Shown here: positions 1 to 12,014 of the stretch, one piece after another
Layout of the letters: the number at the start of each line of letters is the position of its first letter
Position numbering within the stretch: position 1 is the first letter of the stretch
DNA from: Blasia pusilla
Taxonomy: Eukaryota
Length of the DNA stretch: 64,000 nt
Reading direction: 5' to 3'
Assembly: GCA_050084515.1 (NCBI GenBank)
Contig: CM114271.1
Coordinates: forward strand, 23,684,001-23,748,000
Notes under the pieces: model-generated
What the model was told of the DNA's origin: nothing
The model's database searches: none
Seen by the model: the letters and a program-made list of their open reading frames with translations, nothing else
Made by a program: the position numbers and the translations under genes

Positions 1-815
1 TGATCAAGCGATCGACCACCGCGACGACGACCGCGAGATCATCCCGAGGCGGATGGATTAGCGGAGAGAGTTGTGCAGACGGTGAAGAGGGGTTTACGCA
101 AGTATGGCTTGCAGAGAGGTCACCTAGGAGATTGGGACCTCCAGTTGCCATGGTTGGCGATGGAATACAAATTCAGCAGGCAGGCATCCTTATCGTCTTT
201 TTCACCGTACTTGCTACTTTATGGCCGAGAGCCAGATTTACCTGCGGCCATTCGTCGAGATGCTGGTGAGGTGCTGAACCTTGATGACCCAGATGTATGG
301 GTGCGAGCATGTTCTCAGAGGGCTGAGTTATTTCGGAGAGTGATTCCCATGGCGTTCGAGAACTTGGCGATTGCACAACATCGGGATACGTTGAGGTATG
401 CGACTATTCGAGGTGGTGGTTATCGACCAACTATCCGGAGGTTTCATCAGGGAGATTATGTCTATTTGCAGCGACGGCACCGGCGGCGTTGGATGTGATC
501 GCAGGGCGCACTATCTTGAGAGTGCGTGACATTTTGCCATCGGGTGTTCTCTTGCTGGAGGGACGCGATGGTATGGTATGGAAGGACCATGTGCGTCATT
601 GTGCGCCATGTCACCTTCCTAACATTGATGGTACAGTAGATCCGAGCTTAGTAGTAGTTCTTGCAGGCTTGCGTTGTATGTTGTGTAGTTCTGCCCGTGA
701 TGCGGCCACGATGCTAGTCTGTGATGGGTGTTCGAGAGGATGGCATATGGCATGTTTGACGCCACCTCTCACTAGGGTTCCTCAAGAACGATGGATGTGT
801 CTTAGATGTAGATAG
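1..815 (+). pseudogene. Gypsy integrase C-terminal part with PHD finger (frameshifted)
   Basis: ADGLAERVVQTVK (DDE glutamate region) and FSPYLLLYGREP; PHD CMLC..CDGC..WHMAC..WMCLRC at 675-809; frameshift near 480. Confidence 0.85.
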
Positions 816-1768
816 AGAAGTTAGTTCTACATTCCGACTTGTGTCTATGACATGGATGACAAGGAGGCGACTAACGATGGGGCCACATGAGCACCCGGCC
901 TTCTTGCTCTTAGCGTCCGAGAGATGTATGTCATGGTAGGTAGGGATAGATGGCTATCTGGAGTTAGAGGGACCTAACCACCAGCTAGGGGGGCGATTGG
1001 AGATATTTTGGTTCTTCTTGTCTCGTTGTTTGGATGCCATGAGTTAGCATGGGATCATGCGTGTTTGTGAGTGTGTTCGGTGACAGCGATGTATGTTGTG
1101 TAGCGATGTGTATGCACACGACAGCTATCACGTCTTTAAGGATAGATCGGTGGGATCTAATAGAGCGCCTTCATGAGTAGTGGAGGACATGCCCAATAGG
1201 TCGAGGGTGACCTGCTGAGGCCCTTGGAAACCTGAGATAGCAGGTTTCCCCTTCGTTTCGGCTCATTTGGAGCTATATTGAGGAACTTACTATTTTAGGT
1301 AAGTACCATTTTTAGTATATGATCGACTTAATATTTTTGGTAAGTGACCCTTGACCTCCTACATCAGGTCAAGAGCCAAGGAGGTGACTTGGGAGAATAG
1401 GTTACTATGGAGAGAGCTTGGGAGAGGAGAGGGGTATAACTCAAGGAGAGAGAGCTTGAGAGCTCATTCTCTCTTTGTTGAACCTCTTGGCATGAGGGGG
1501 CGGAGCTATGGTACCTTGCCTTGTGAGTGTAATCCAAGCCTCTCATTAGGAGAGTGGGTTTGGTTTGACATGAGAGAGAGTGCACACCTTTGAGAACTAT
1601 GGTGTGAGATGGTGGAGAGAGAGATTGGATCTTACTTTAGATTGGAGATATTTTGGTTCTTCTTGTCTCGTTGTTTGGATGCCATGAGTTAGCATGGGAT
1701 CATGCGTGTTTGTGTGTGTGTTCGGTGACAGCGATGTATGTTGTGTAGCGACGTGTATGCGCACGACA
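1..1768 (+). mobile_element. 3' part of Ty3/Gypsy element E0 (integrase C-terminus + PHD finger, PPT, A-B-A terminal repeats); 5' part lies upstream of the window
   Basis: ORFs 73-498 and 489-815 are homologous to the integrase C-terminus of E2/E3 and end in a C4HC3 PHD finger. PPT aggggggcga 987-996; A1 997-1123; spacer gc; B 1126-1641; A2 1642-1768 ending gcacgaca. Confidence 0.9.
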
Positions 1769-2864
1769 CGGGCCTCTAGCTCACCATGTGCACGCCCTAC
1801 ATGGGCCTAGCTACAGACCACAAAACCATTGTGGGCTCTAGGGAGGGGCTTGGATGCGGGCCATAGGTACCCGAGCAACATGTCAGTCCAATGGACGGAC
1901 TTGTCCGCTTCCGTGCAACCTTGCATGACATAGTTGGTAAGTACTTAGAGTTCTATCATGTCAATGGTGTAGGGAGTAAACATGATGATTGGCTAAAATT
2001 TTATCTTGATTGGTCGGATTAGGTTGGTTACAACTCATTTGCATTGGGATCAACATTTTTAACTAAAGCCCCCTCGTTTTCAATTTCAGGTCAATTGACC
2101 TAGTCAATGGTAATCCACTAACATGTGTGCATATATTATCGAGTGTCATTGTCTCCTTGGCTTAGTGTAGGGAAATATTTCAAAGGTTAATATGAAATAG
2201 ACTTCATATGTGAAACGTGGAGAAAATGCTTACGGATAGTTTTGAAAAGCATGAAAAAATATAATGCGGATTAGGTTATTAATTTCAGATATGTAATTTT
2301 TTTAAATATTAAGTGGAACTATAAATTATTTCTATGAGAATTATTTAATTTTAGAGTCTAATATGAGAGGAAGTAATAGAAATAGATAAGATAGATTTGA
2401 AAATTCCAATGAAAAACTATTTGAAATTTAAGATATTAATGTTAGAAATCATTCACATTAATTGCTTGATTAGTCAACATGACATTTTTAAGACTTGGAA
2501 ATTCAAAACCTTTGATATGCTTAAAAGATCAAATTTGAATCATAATTTTTTTTGTCTTCAAATCATTAGTATTTAGTGGATGGATGTGCCCATCATGAAA
2601 TACTTGCAAAAATTCTTGCAAAAATTCCATATTCTAATTTTTAAAGTCTAGTAAGTGTAATTATGTTTAGAGATCTTTGCCCCAATAGTAAATTGAGATA
2701 TAATTTGCAATACTCATCAATTTTTGGGATTCTTAGCTCATTTTACAATTATGTCCTTGTTATGCTGCTTGTGCACATATACACCATCGTCATTATCCAT
2801 CTAACTTACAAATTTGGAAAGAACACTTAACCATTGAAACTAGAGAGATACTAGTGATCATATA

Positions 2865-3868
2865 TGTCGTGCACCTACTCCCCTCAAACGTCAATCTTAG
2901 AGTTGCGGAAGCGTACATTTAGTAGGACATGCTCTCATCGCCAACCTGCACCCAAAAACACTCACATAGTCTGGTTCGGGTCAAGTGGCCTTCCAACCCA
3001 TCGAGTCTTTGTCTCGACATCTCATCAAGCTCAACCTTCCCTCATTCCTAGGCTCCCAGCACGGGAAAATCTTCCGAGACTTGGGACAAACTTTCTGGTT
3101 AGTCCACACACCTAAAACGGCGTTTGCTCACCTAATAGTCCCAACTGTCCAATGGACCTCGCTCGAGCCCCCAATCGAGACCCGAAAATATGAGTCACGA
3201 GTTGGAATCCAATGAGGACCTCCGAAATCCACTCTATTGGACTTGGTTCGGGTTTTGAATCCCAACACCAAAACGCCCGATCCATTCCGTGCCCTTGAGT
3301 CGTTCCGCGGCGCCCAAAGTGGGGTTCGAGTCCCAAGCATCTTTGGAGACCTTCCCCCTTACTAGTACTTATGGGGATTCCTTGCCTCCCCCTACCTTTG
3401 GGGAAGGGCACACGGACCCCTCTTTTTGGCCCTCAACCCGGCTCCCCGTACAATTGGTTTTGGTCCATATCTCAGCCTTTGTCTGAGCATTTGCAAAGAT
3501 ATGTAGTGCGTTGGAACCAGTTGCGCAAAAGAATTCTAACGCTACCTTACTTGTCCCAAACACATCTTAGGACTAAAATTTATGGTCAAAATTACAGGCA
3601 AAAACTCCAAACGCTAGCCGTGTCCCAAGTCCGATTCTCACCCCTTGGCCACGTCTCCTCCAAAACTCGACTTCTCTTAAGTCTGGGTTCGGCATTTGGT
3701 TTCGGTTTCCTTACTCACGACATAAACGCATGAAACACTTGAAACGCTCGCCTCGCTTGTGTCTCGCACTTGTGTTTCCCTAACTCCAAAGCGCAAACCA
3801 TCCTAGCGTGAGCCTGCTAGAGTTCGGATGTTCCGCTTAGCGCTCGTTTGGTTATGAGGATCGCGACA
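2865..3868 (-). mobile_element. Solo LTR (about 1.0 kb), same family as 10121-11123 in the opposite orientation
   Basis: Starts tgtcgtg, ends cgcgaca; perfect 5-bp TSD ATATA (2860-2864 / 3869-3873); reverse-complement homology to 10121-11123; no coding capacity. Strand is only relative to the other copy. Confidence 0.85.
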
Positions 3869-4472
3869 ATATACCAAAAGATCTACAACAATTTTACAAA
3901 GGAACTTTCACGTTAGCTCATTTTGAATCTCACAATAAAATTAAATTCATTCTCATGGTAACAATACTTAGGTTACACGCAAGGATAATACTTGGGCACC
4001 TCAATATTAGTAAACGAAGAACTGAGAAAATAAACTTCAAACCCTTCTCTCCCAAGGATATATCTATTTCATTCTTCCTAAGACCTCCTCATATGACTCG
4101 TGGACACAAATTACCAACCTAACCCTAGCTTATTGTTTTGGCCATATCCTATCTCTCTTAATAATGAAATTCAACTAAGGCTTCAGATCACACCTTGCTT
4201 AGAAGAGTAAATACTAAAGGGGATTCCTATGTTATGAATGGAGGCAATGGGGCTACTCAAACCTAATAGAGTGCTTGGGAGTGTGTGACTTCATAAATAT
4301 TCATAATATTTTCCATGTTTCAAAAATATTTTCTTGTTTCCCAGATGATACATATCATGGGCAGATTACACTCTACATCTCTAAGTCCCCCCTCGACACA
4401 CAAATTTCGATGCACAACCTCTTTGGATATATTGCTTGGATATCCTTCGCTCTACTACAAACAACTAGTAGT

Positions 4473-4953
4473 TGTCACATCTGAGTAGCTGATAGGCCGA
4501 GATCTATCGTGGATAGGGCGTAGGAGCCAACGGACTATCTTGAGTGTAACTTTGTCCCACGATGTCGGATGAGGTTGAGGATAGGTCCAATGTGTCAGGA
4601 ATGTTGTTTCTCCTAACTTTCATGTCGAGGTCTTTTACAACCGGGTGACTTGTTGACCAGGTCACCCGCCCCTGGTAACCTGGGCGCGCAGGTTACCAAG
4701 GGGAAGGTTATTTTTAGGGGAAGAGCCTTTTGGCTCTTCCCAACCCTATATAAGAGAGGAAGGTGGCTTTCCTAAGCCATCTTTCTCATGTTGGGCCGTT
4801 GGAGCACCTCCCTTGTATGTGTGTGAGATAGGACTAGGGTGCTAGCGTCTGGATTCCTTGATAGCACAGGGTGGACGAGGCTCAATATGTTGATGTAGAT
4901 TGAGGAGTGGAGTTTTAGGCCGGGTGTGCCGTTTTTACTACTCTTTATTTTTA
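4473..4953 (+). repeat. E1 5' terminal repeat B1 (contains TATA box and predicted TSS)
   Basis: Direct repeat of 28801-29281; starts tgtcacat; tatataa at 4747-4753. Confidence 0.9.
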
Positions 4954-4965
4954 CATGAGAAAGAT
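4953..4965 (+). promoter_or_regulatory. Self-priming primer-binding site of E1
   Basis: acatgagaaagat is the exact reverse complement of atctttctcatgt (4779-4791), about 30 nt downstream of the TATA box; no tRNA-type TGG PBS. Confidence 0.75.
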
Positions 4966-6690
4966 ATCATGGGGCTGGTGGGAATTCGTTGTTTGCAGGT
5001 AGGCAAGCGAGTTGCCTTGGTCGGGAGCCCTTAGAGACGCGTGTGTGGCATTTGTTTATCATTTTTTGGTCAGAGGGTTTTTGCGGAAGCGCTGTCATTT
5101 TTTCACATATCTTGTTGGTGCTGATTGACGAAGGATAGTAGTAGAGCATTAGCAAAGGTTGGGCAAGAACGATCGGGTGTAACGCAGAATGACGCTGCGT
5201 TGAGAGCATGGCGCGGTCGAAAAACGGGAAGGGAAGTTTTTGTGAGACACCATAGCCGCCGTGAGGGCGGCCATGCTAGGTTGTAGCCGCACAAGCCTAG
5301 GTTAGGTCACAATGAATTAGGTCGGGGTAGATTTGTGAAGAGCCGCCGAGAAGAAAGTGTGAGTCGAAGGCCATAAGGGCCAAACAAGACCGCAAGGCAA
5401 AGGCAGGAGCCATGTGGAGTGATTATGACTCCGAGATGGTAGGATAGGTACACGAACCTCATATGTACGTGTACCCAATGGTACACATAAGGATGTGCGG
5501 CCGAGAGTAAGAGGCCTAGGAGGTACAGCCGTACGTGGTTGGGGGTTGTACTAAGTAGGTGGCCGCATCAAGCAGTAAGGAGTCGACGGAGGGGCCAGTA
5601 GGAAGGCTGCACCATAGGGACGCGGGCTCATAGGGAGCCGTGCAGGTGGCATGGCTAAGACCGGGGACGGGAGGAGGAGTGTAATGGCCGCATAGGGGGC
5701 CGCGGAGGTCCAAGACATGAGGAGTTCATGTCAGAGCCATTAAGGCTCCAAGGAGGAAGGAGTCAAGGAGGAGTACCAAGGGACTTGAGGGCAGGAACGA
5801 GAGTGCATAGGGCGCCATGCAGGTACGAGGGCCGAGTTGAGAGGGTCCGTGGATTGGGGTCTCATTGAAACCAAGGCCGGAGGTGTTGCTGGATCGGACG
5901 GAGTAAAGTGGTTACACGGTAGGGCCACGAGAACGTGGTTGCCAGGGCAGATGTGATCAGGCGCAGACGAGGTTGGGGAATGGGCAACGTGGTAGAGGTA
6001 GGGCGTACGTGGTAGGAGTGGAACCCGACCAGGGTGAGTCAGGTTACATGCTGCGTGTGGGAATGGACGGAGAGGTTTGCGCAACATGATGTTTTTGGGC
6101 GCGACAGGGCGTTGCGAGAGTTGACGATGGAGGGGCAGTGCGCATGATGCCGACAGGTTGTCCGCATCTGTTGACGGGAGGATCGACGTATTGGTCGAGG
6201 AGAGTGTTGTGTTGCGGAGGTTGTCATATCACGTGGAGGAGTGCATGTTGACGATGTAGCAGGTTGGAGGACGTGATCAGGTTACCCATTCGAGTCCCTT
6301 TTCCCGCACTTGTCGTGTGTGATTGAGAGTGCTAGGTATCGGGTAGTAGATGGTGCTAGGTGGGTGTAGTGATGGTGACGAGTGTAGATTCTGTTCATGT
6401 GTAGCATGTTGGTGGATATACGGCGGTTTCCGAGTAGGGGTCGCGTGTATGACCCGAGAGAGTGTCGCTAGGTTAGGTGAGTCAGTTGGGAGGCTCATGG
6501 TGAGCTCGAGTGTTGAGTGTGCGTGAGGCCGGGTATGTCATCACGGGATTGATGTTAGCATAGGTGAGCTAGTGAGGAGTGTGGGAGACTCTTGGTGAGT
6601 CTGAGTGCTTGAGCGGGTGAGACAGGGTTTATTATCACAGCGTTCTTCCAGGGTTCGGAAGAACGGGGTAGTGCGTGCAGTAGTAGTGGT

Positions 6691-9194
6691 GTGATACGGA
6701 GTGGAGTGAGATACCGAGGGGTTACTAGTGAGGAGCTACCTCGACATCCATCCATGGCTGGATCGTCATCACTAGACACTGGGTCTGGTGACGAGATCGC
6801 AGACAGAGACAGTAGTACTTGGCAGGAGATGGACGACATGGGCCATCGGGGCATACGTCGTTTCTCGGGTGCAGTGGGCACCATCGACTTAGATGATTTT
6901 ATCCATGAGTTCGACACGTGGTGCGACTTCCAAGAGATATGGACCCCGACACGGTTCAACCCTTTCATGGCATGAGAGTCTGAGAGAGGCATTCGCACGC
7001 ATGAGGAGGCTGATTATTGCTACGTATGGAGTGACTGAGGCGTAGTTAGTCCAGTATTGGTATGGGGTTCTAGACCAAGAACTACGGAGGAGAGTCCGAG
7101 ATGCGGTGCTGATTCACACAACGAAGCCCACATTGAAGGTGGTCTTTGAGTTGTTTGAGCCTATTGAGCTCAACATGAGTGAGGAGCAGGTAGTGACCGC
7201 TGGATTTTCTTGAGAGTCGACGGGTCCACAAGCGACGGTGACCCCACATATGCTTCAACGAGCACGAGAACCACGGGAGTGGGCCAGTGTGCCCAAAGAG
7301 CAGGGCGGGTACCGTGAGCCTATGAGGCAATGACCCATACCTACATATGTTGCCCAGTAGGGACAGATGTGGTCTTGTTGGACGTGTGGAGGAGCCCATA
7401 GGCAGAGAGACTGCCCATAGCATGGGAGAGGACCGCCAACGCCTCCGATTGCCCAGGAGCCACAGAGGATGGCCCCACCACAGCACCAATGTGACTATTG
7501 CCACAGATATGGTCACACTAGGGATAGATGTTTTGATCTTCGCCGAGGGGCACGTCCAGAGGTAGGCCGAGGGCTTGGGGGCGGTCGTCCTGGAGGAGGT
7601 CGGGGAGTTCTTCTTGGACCTGGTGGTAGAGGACCACCACCAGCCAGAGGAGATGGAGCAGGAGCACCAGAGCCGGCACTTCTCTCACGCATCGATCAGT
7701 TGGAGCAGAGGATTGCTGCCATGACGATGGTGCAGCTTAGGGAAGGCACGGGGCTGCGAGCAGCTAGTGTGACTCCAGCTTCTACCTCTTACCCTGACCC
7801 GGGTGAGGATTTCGCCAGTATGGGATTTATGTGTAGTGCAGCCTAGGTTGAGGCAACTGCAGTGGTGACTCGGGGTGCTGCGAGAGGCACCAAGCCATCG
7901 AGAGGTGGAGTTGAGATTGACCCACCAGAGGGGACCGATGGGCAGCACGCCAGGGTTCCACAGTCATTCACCTTGTCGGAGGCACTACACACACTATGGA
8001 TGGTGCCTCGACGACAAGCAGTGCCTACAGCTCAGGCACCTACGTTGACGTCACGAGGAGTTGGAGTGACAACTCCTATGCCAGCTTGAGTGGAGTCAGT
8101 GTCGACCATAGTGTTGGAGGTGGCCACCAGAGTGAGTCAGACTCCACTATTTTCCGCCATAGAGTTGGCGACGTTGGGAGTTGGACCAGTTGAGGTGTTC
8201 CGGTTGGCCGCCATGTTGTGTGAGCATGGAGAGATGATTGCTTCTTGTTCACAGGTAGTTGAGGAGGTGGTGGACTTGCCCTCAGAGCCGGTGCTCGGGA
8301 CGTTCCCCACAGAGTCATGGCATGCGGCGGCGGCAAAGTTGGTAGATATGCTAGCTCGACTGGCCATAGAGCGAGCAATGGTGACACCTAGAGTAGTGTT
8401 ACTGGATAACCGAGCTGGAGTATTTCGCTTGGTTAGTCCGACGGGGACAGTATACCACCCGCAACGCGTCCTACTTGATTTGGGAGCGCAACCCTTGATG
8501 TTAGGGAAGGCGGCGTGTTTAGCGTTGGGGTTACGAAAGGCCGACATTGAGCCTTGTCCCTTCCAGATTCAGACCTCGATTGGGGGCGTGTCACCCACGT
8601 AGTATATGACTTGACAGAAGATAGTTGTCAGAGTCCAGCCAGAGCATGAGACGGATAGTGTTATGGTGCGCACACGTGCGATTACGACACCAGTTGAGTC
8701 GTACGATGTGTTGGTGGGGAGTACAGTGTTATATCCCCGAGGATTCATCCTAGACTTATGGGAGGAGACCGTTGCTTATCGGTCAGGGTGGCCGTCAGGT
8801 GACGGCCAGATGAGTCAATTACCCGTGCAGTTTGCGGGACGAGGTGGTCGATCACGAGGCGAGTCTGTGACCACGTTTGCGGCTTTCACAGGTAGTGTTA
8901 GCTGGCCAAGAGAGTTGTTGGAGGGGAACGCACATGCGGAGGATGTCCCAATAGCGGATAGTCCCATGGAGAGACAGGCCATGGCAGGTGTCTCTTTCCA
9001 TGTTGGCGAGACCTCTTCACCATTGTGGGGTACGACTCAAGAGCTACAGAGGAGTGTCAACGACCTCGTGAGGCAGGTGTGGAGTCATGCTTTTATCCCG
9101 GAGCAGCGAGAGTCACGTGGCGATCAGGCTCTTGGAGTGGAGACGTTGACCCTATTGGATACCACACCCGTTATGTGGCAGTGCCCAAAGGAGG
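6691..9194 (+). pseudogene. E1 gag and aspartic protease (degenerate)
   Basis: GTIDLDDFIHEFDTWCD (shared with E2/E3 gag), zinc knuckle CDYCHRYGHTRDRC, RGG-rich tract, protease-like VLLDLGAQP and YDVLVG; several stops and frameshifts. Confidence 0.75.
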
Positions 9195-10120
9195 TTGTTA
9201 GGGTGTTAGATCTCTTTGGAGGGATTAGCACCGGATTGGCTGCAATATTGCAAGCGGGCATACGGGTGCATTAGTACCTTTATGTGGAGAGAGATGAGAC
9301 CGCGCGGCGAGTATCATTATGTCACGTGGGGAGATTGGTCCAGAGGTATCCTGAGTTGTTGCCGGTATCTACAGTACGGGGATATCAACACACACTACAT
9401 ACCGACATCTCTTTGGTGGGGGCGCAGGATCTGGATAGAGTTGGCGCCATTCATTTGGTGATTGCTGGATGGCCATGTCATGGTCATTCATCAGTTGGCC
9501 GAGGATTTGGATTGCAGGATCCGAGGTCAAGGATATTTTGGGAGATGCTGCGAGTAGTATGACACTTGCAAGAGAGTCAGACATGTTCTCCAACGTACAT
9601 CTTAGAGAACGTGCCGTTGTTGGGAGACACTCGTGCACGTGTGATGACGAGTGTGTATCACGTGAGGTCCTGGTTGGGACCTGCTGTGTTATTAGATGCG
9701 GCGAGAGTTGGATCACGTGCCCATCGTCCACGACTGTGGTGGACGAACCTGATACCATCAGAGGTACTGAGTCGAGCATACAATGGAGTCCAGAGAGCAC
9801 CAGATGTCACAGTGGATGCTATTTTGGGCTCAGGGCATCGATCTCATGTGGTGACACGTGATGATAGACCACCGTTGGCCATGGCCAATAGGGTGGGGGA
9901 GGTGAGGGCAACCTTACCTACGTTGGTGAGCTTCCCAGCATCCCATGCCTTTCGTCAGGGAGGGCCAGGCATGATTTGGGATGAGGTGACCGGAGCATTG
10001 GAGGAGCCTACAACAAATGAGCGTGAGCGCACCATGGGGTTCGCTACCAGTACTACGACGGTGCCAGGGATGACTGAGGCATCCCGGAGACAGGTGTTGG
10101 GGCAGGCGATAGACCTCAAC
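9195..10120 (+). pseudogene. E1 C5 cytosine DNA methyltransferase domain (DNMT3-like), interrupted at its C-end by a solo LTR
   Basis: Motif I VLDLFGGISTG, II YVERD, IV LVIAGWPC (GWPC 9467-9478), VI YILENV (ENV 9605-9613), VIII AHRPRLWWTN, IX ERERTMGF, X LGQAIDLN; two in-frame stops. Confidence 0.88.
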
Positions 10121-11123
10121 TGTCGCGACCCTCATGACCAAACAAGTGCCAAGCGGAACATCGGAACATTAGCGGGCTCACGCTAAGATGATTTGCGCGT
10201 TGGAGTTGTCTCAAAGAGGAGACAAGATACGAGACGCGAACGTGGAGTCGCGTTTCAGGTGTTATGGTCGCGACTGAGAAACCTGGACCAAACGCGGAAT
10301 GAGACTTGAAAGAAGTCGAGTCTAGGAAGTGGGTTGCCAAAAGGAAGATCCGGATTAGGAACGCCACTAGCGCTTGAGAGTTTCCAACTGTATTTATGGC
10401 CATAACTTTTAGCGCCAAGATGCGTTTGGAGCAAATAAGGGTGCGTTGGAAAGCTTATGGAGAGCCGGTCCAAATGCACGAAAGATCGCTGCAAACGCAT
10501 AAGCAGTGGCCGAGAAACGACCCAAAAACGACTGTAAGTGGAGTCGGGTTGAGGGCCACAATGAAGGGCCCGACCCTCTTTTCCCAAAGGGGAGGGGTTA
10601 TTGGAGAACCCCAGAAGTACTAGTAAGGGGGAAGGTCTCCGAGAGTGCTTGGAACCCAAACCCCACTTTGGGCGCCGCGGGGCGGCTCAAGGGCATGAAA
10701 CGGAACACGAGTTTGGGCGTTGGGTTGGAAAACCTGCACCAAGTCCATTGAGGCGATTTTAGACATCCCTCTTGGATTTCACGCCGCGACTCAATTACTT
10801 GGGTCTCGGTTCAGAACTCACACGAGGACCGTTGAACAGTTGGGATCGCTAGGCGTGCAAGTGCCGTTTCAGATCCCTGGACTAACGAGGAAGTCTGTTC
10901 CAAGTCTTGAAGGACTTGCCATGTTTTGGAAGCTAAGAACTAAGGAAGGTTGAGCTTGATGAGACGCCGAGTCGAGGACTCGGTGGGTTGGAACGCCGGT
11001 TGGCCCAGAGCCGACTAACGAGAGTGCGTGTTTGGGTGCAGATCGGCGATGAGTTCGTGACCTACTGAACGCACGCTTCCGCAACACTAAAGATTGACGT
11101 TCAACGAGAGTAGGGGCGCGACA
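10121..11123 (+). mobile_element. Solo LTR (about 1.0 kb) inserted in E1
   Basis: tgtcgcg...cgcgaca termini; 5-bp TSD tcaac/tcgac; removing it restores DLNCLTWI as in E2/E3. Confidence 0.87.
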
Positions 11124-11409
11124 TCGACTGTCTCACATGGATAGTCAAGGTATGGCTGAGCAGAGACGGATGCGAGTGTCATCCATGCCATCAAGTCCAC
11201 GATTTGGACCATTGCCTACAGGGTCTGTACAAGCATTGGTTGGGGGCGAGACGAGGAGAGATAGGCACCCATGGAATTTCTGGGACGTCGTTCAAGCACA
11301 GAGTACGAAGGCGGCTAGAGTAGCACATGTTCATTTTTTGGATGCGGAGCATGGTGTAGGAAGTCAGAGTGGAGTGGCTGTTGCGGAGGTGCCTAGGGTT
11401 GCTACATAG

Positions 11410-12014
11410 CAACCAAAGCCAGAGGTTGCGTCCTCTCCGAGTGAGGTCACGATGGAGACTTGGGAGCCTGTGATAGGTCTGAAGTTGATAGAAGGAGAGC
11501 GACGGCGAGTTCATAGGTTTCTGAGAGGGCATGTCAGTTGTTTTGCCTTCAGTATGAGAGACTTGGGTAAGCTGAAGGGTCCCGGGATACGGATTGAGTT
11601 GGCTAGTGATACGCCGATCTTTCATCGACCCTACAGGTATTCTGATATGGAGCAAGCCTTGATTCAGAGCAAGAGTGAGGACTTGTTGGAGGCAGGACTT
11701 GTGGAGTTATCACATGGGGAGTATGCATCTGCCATAGTCATGCCGGCGAAGAAGGATATGTATGGCAATTGGACGGATAGGCGGATGTGTGGAGATTATC
11801 GTCCTATCAACCGACAGACGAGGTCAGATCGGTACGCCATGCCTTCTCCTGAGGAAATCTTTGATGCGGTAGGGCATGCAAAGATCTTCAGTACTTTAGA
11901 TCTCCGTTCTGGCTATCATCAGCTTCGTATCAAGTTGGAGGACAGGGAGAAGACAACATTCTGGGGGATAGATCGGTTTGGGAGAGATTTCTTGTATCAG
12001 TGGCGGTTCCTACC
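11410..12014 (+). pseudogene. E1 reverse transcriptase, N-terminal part (continues at 21741)
   Basis: RMCGDYRPIN, FSTLDLRSGYHQ, YQWRFLP; the reading frame resumes as FGLKNA after E2. Confidence 0.9.

Noticed and set aside
4966-6690. Antisense ORFs in the long leaders of E1, E2 and E3 as an extra gene
   Set aside because: Short, not conserved between families, no domain motifs.
7844-7846. TAG after E1 gag as a programmed gag/pol boundary
   Set aside because: Not followed by CARYYA and not clearly conserved in E2/E3; more likely a C-to-T mutation.
9195-10120. Host DNMT gene or bacterial restriction-modification MTase (contamination)
   Set aside because: Intronless, in frame with retroelement PR/RT, and at the same position in three element copies.
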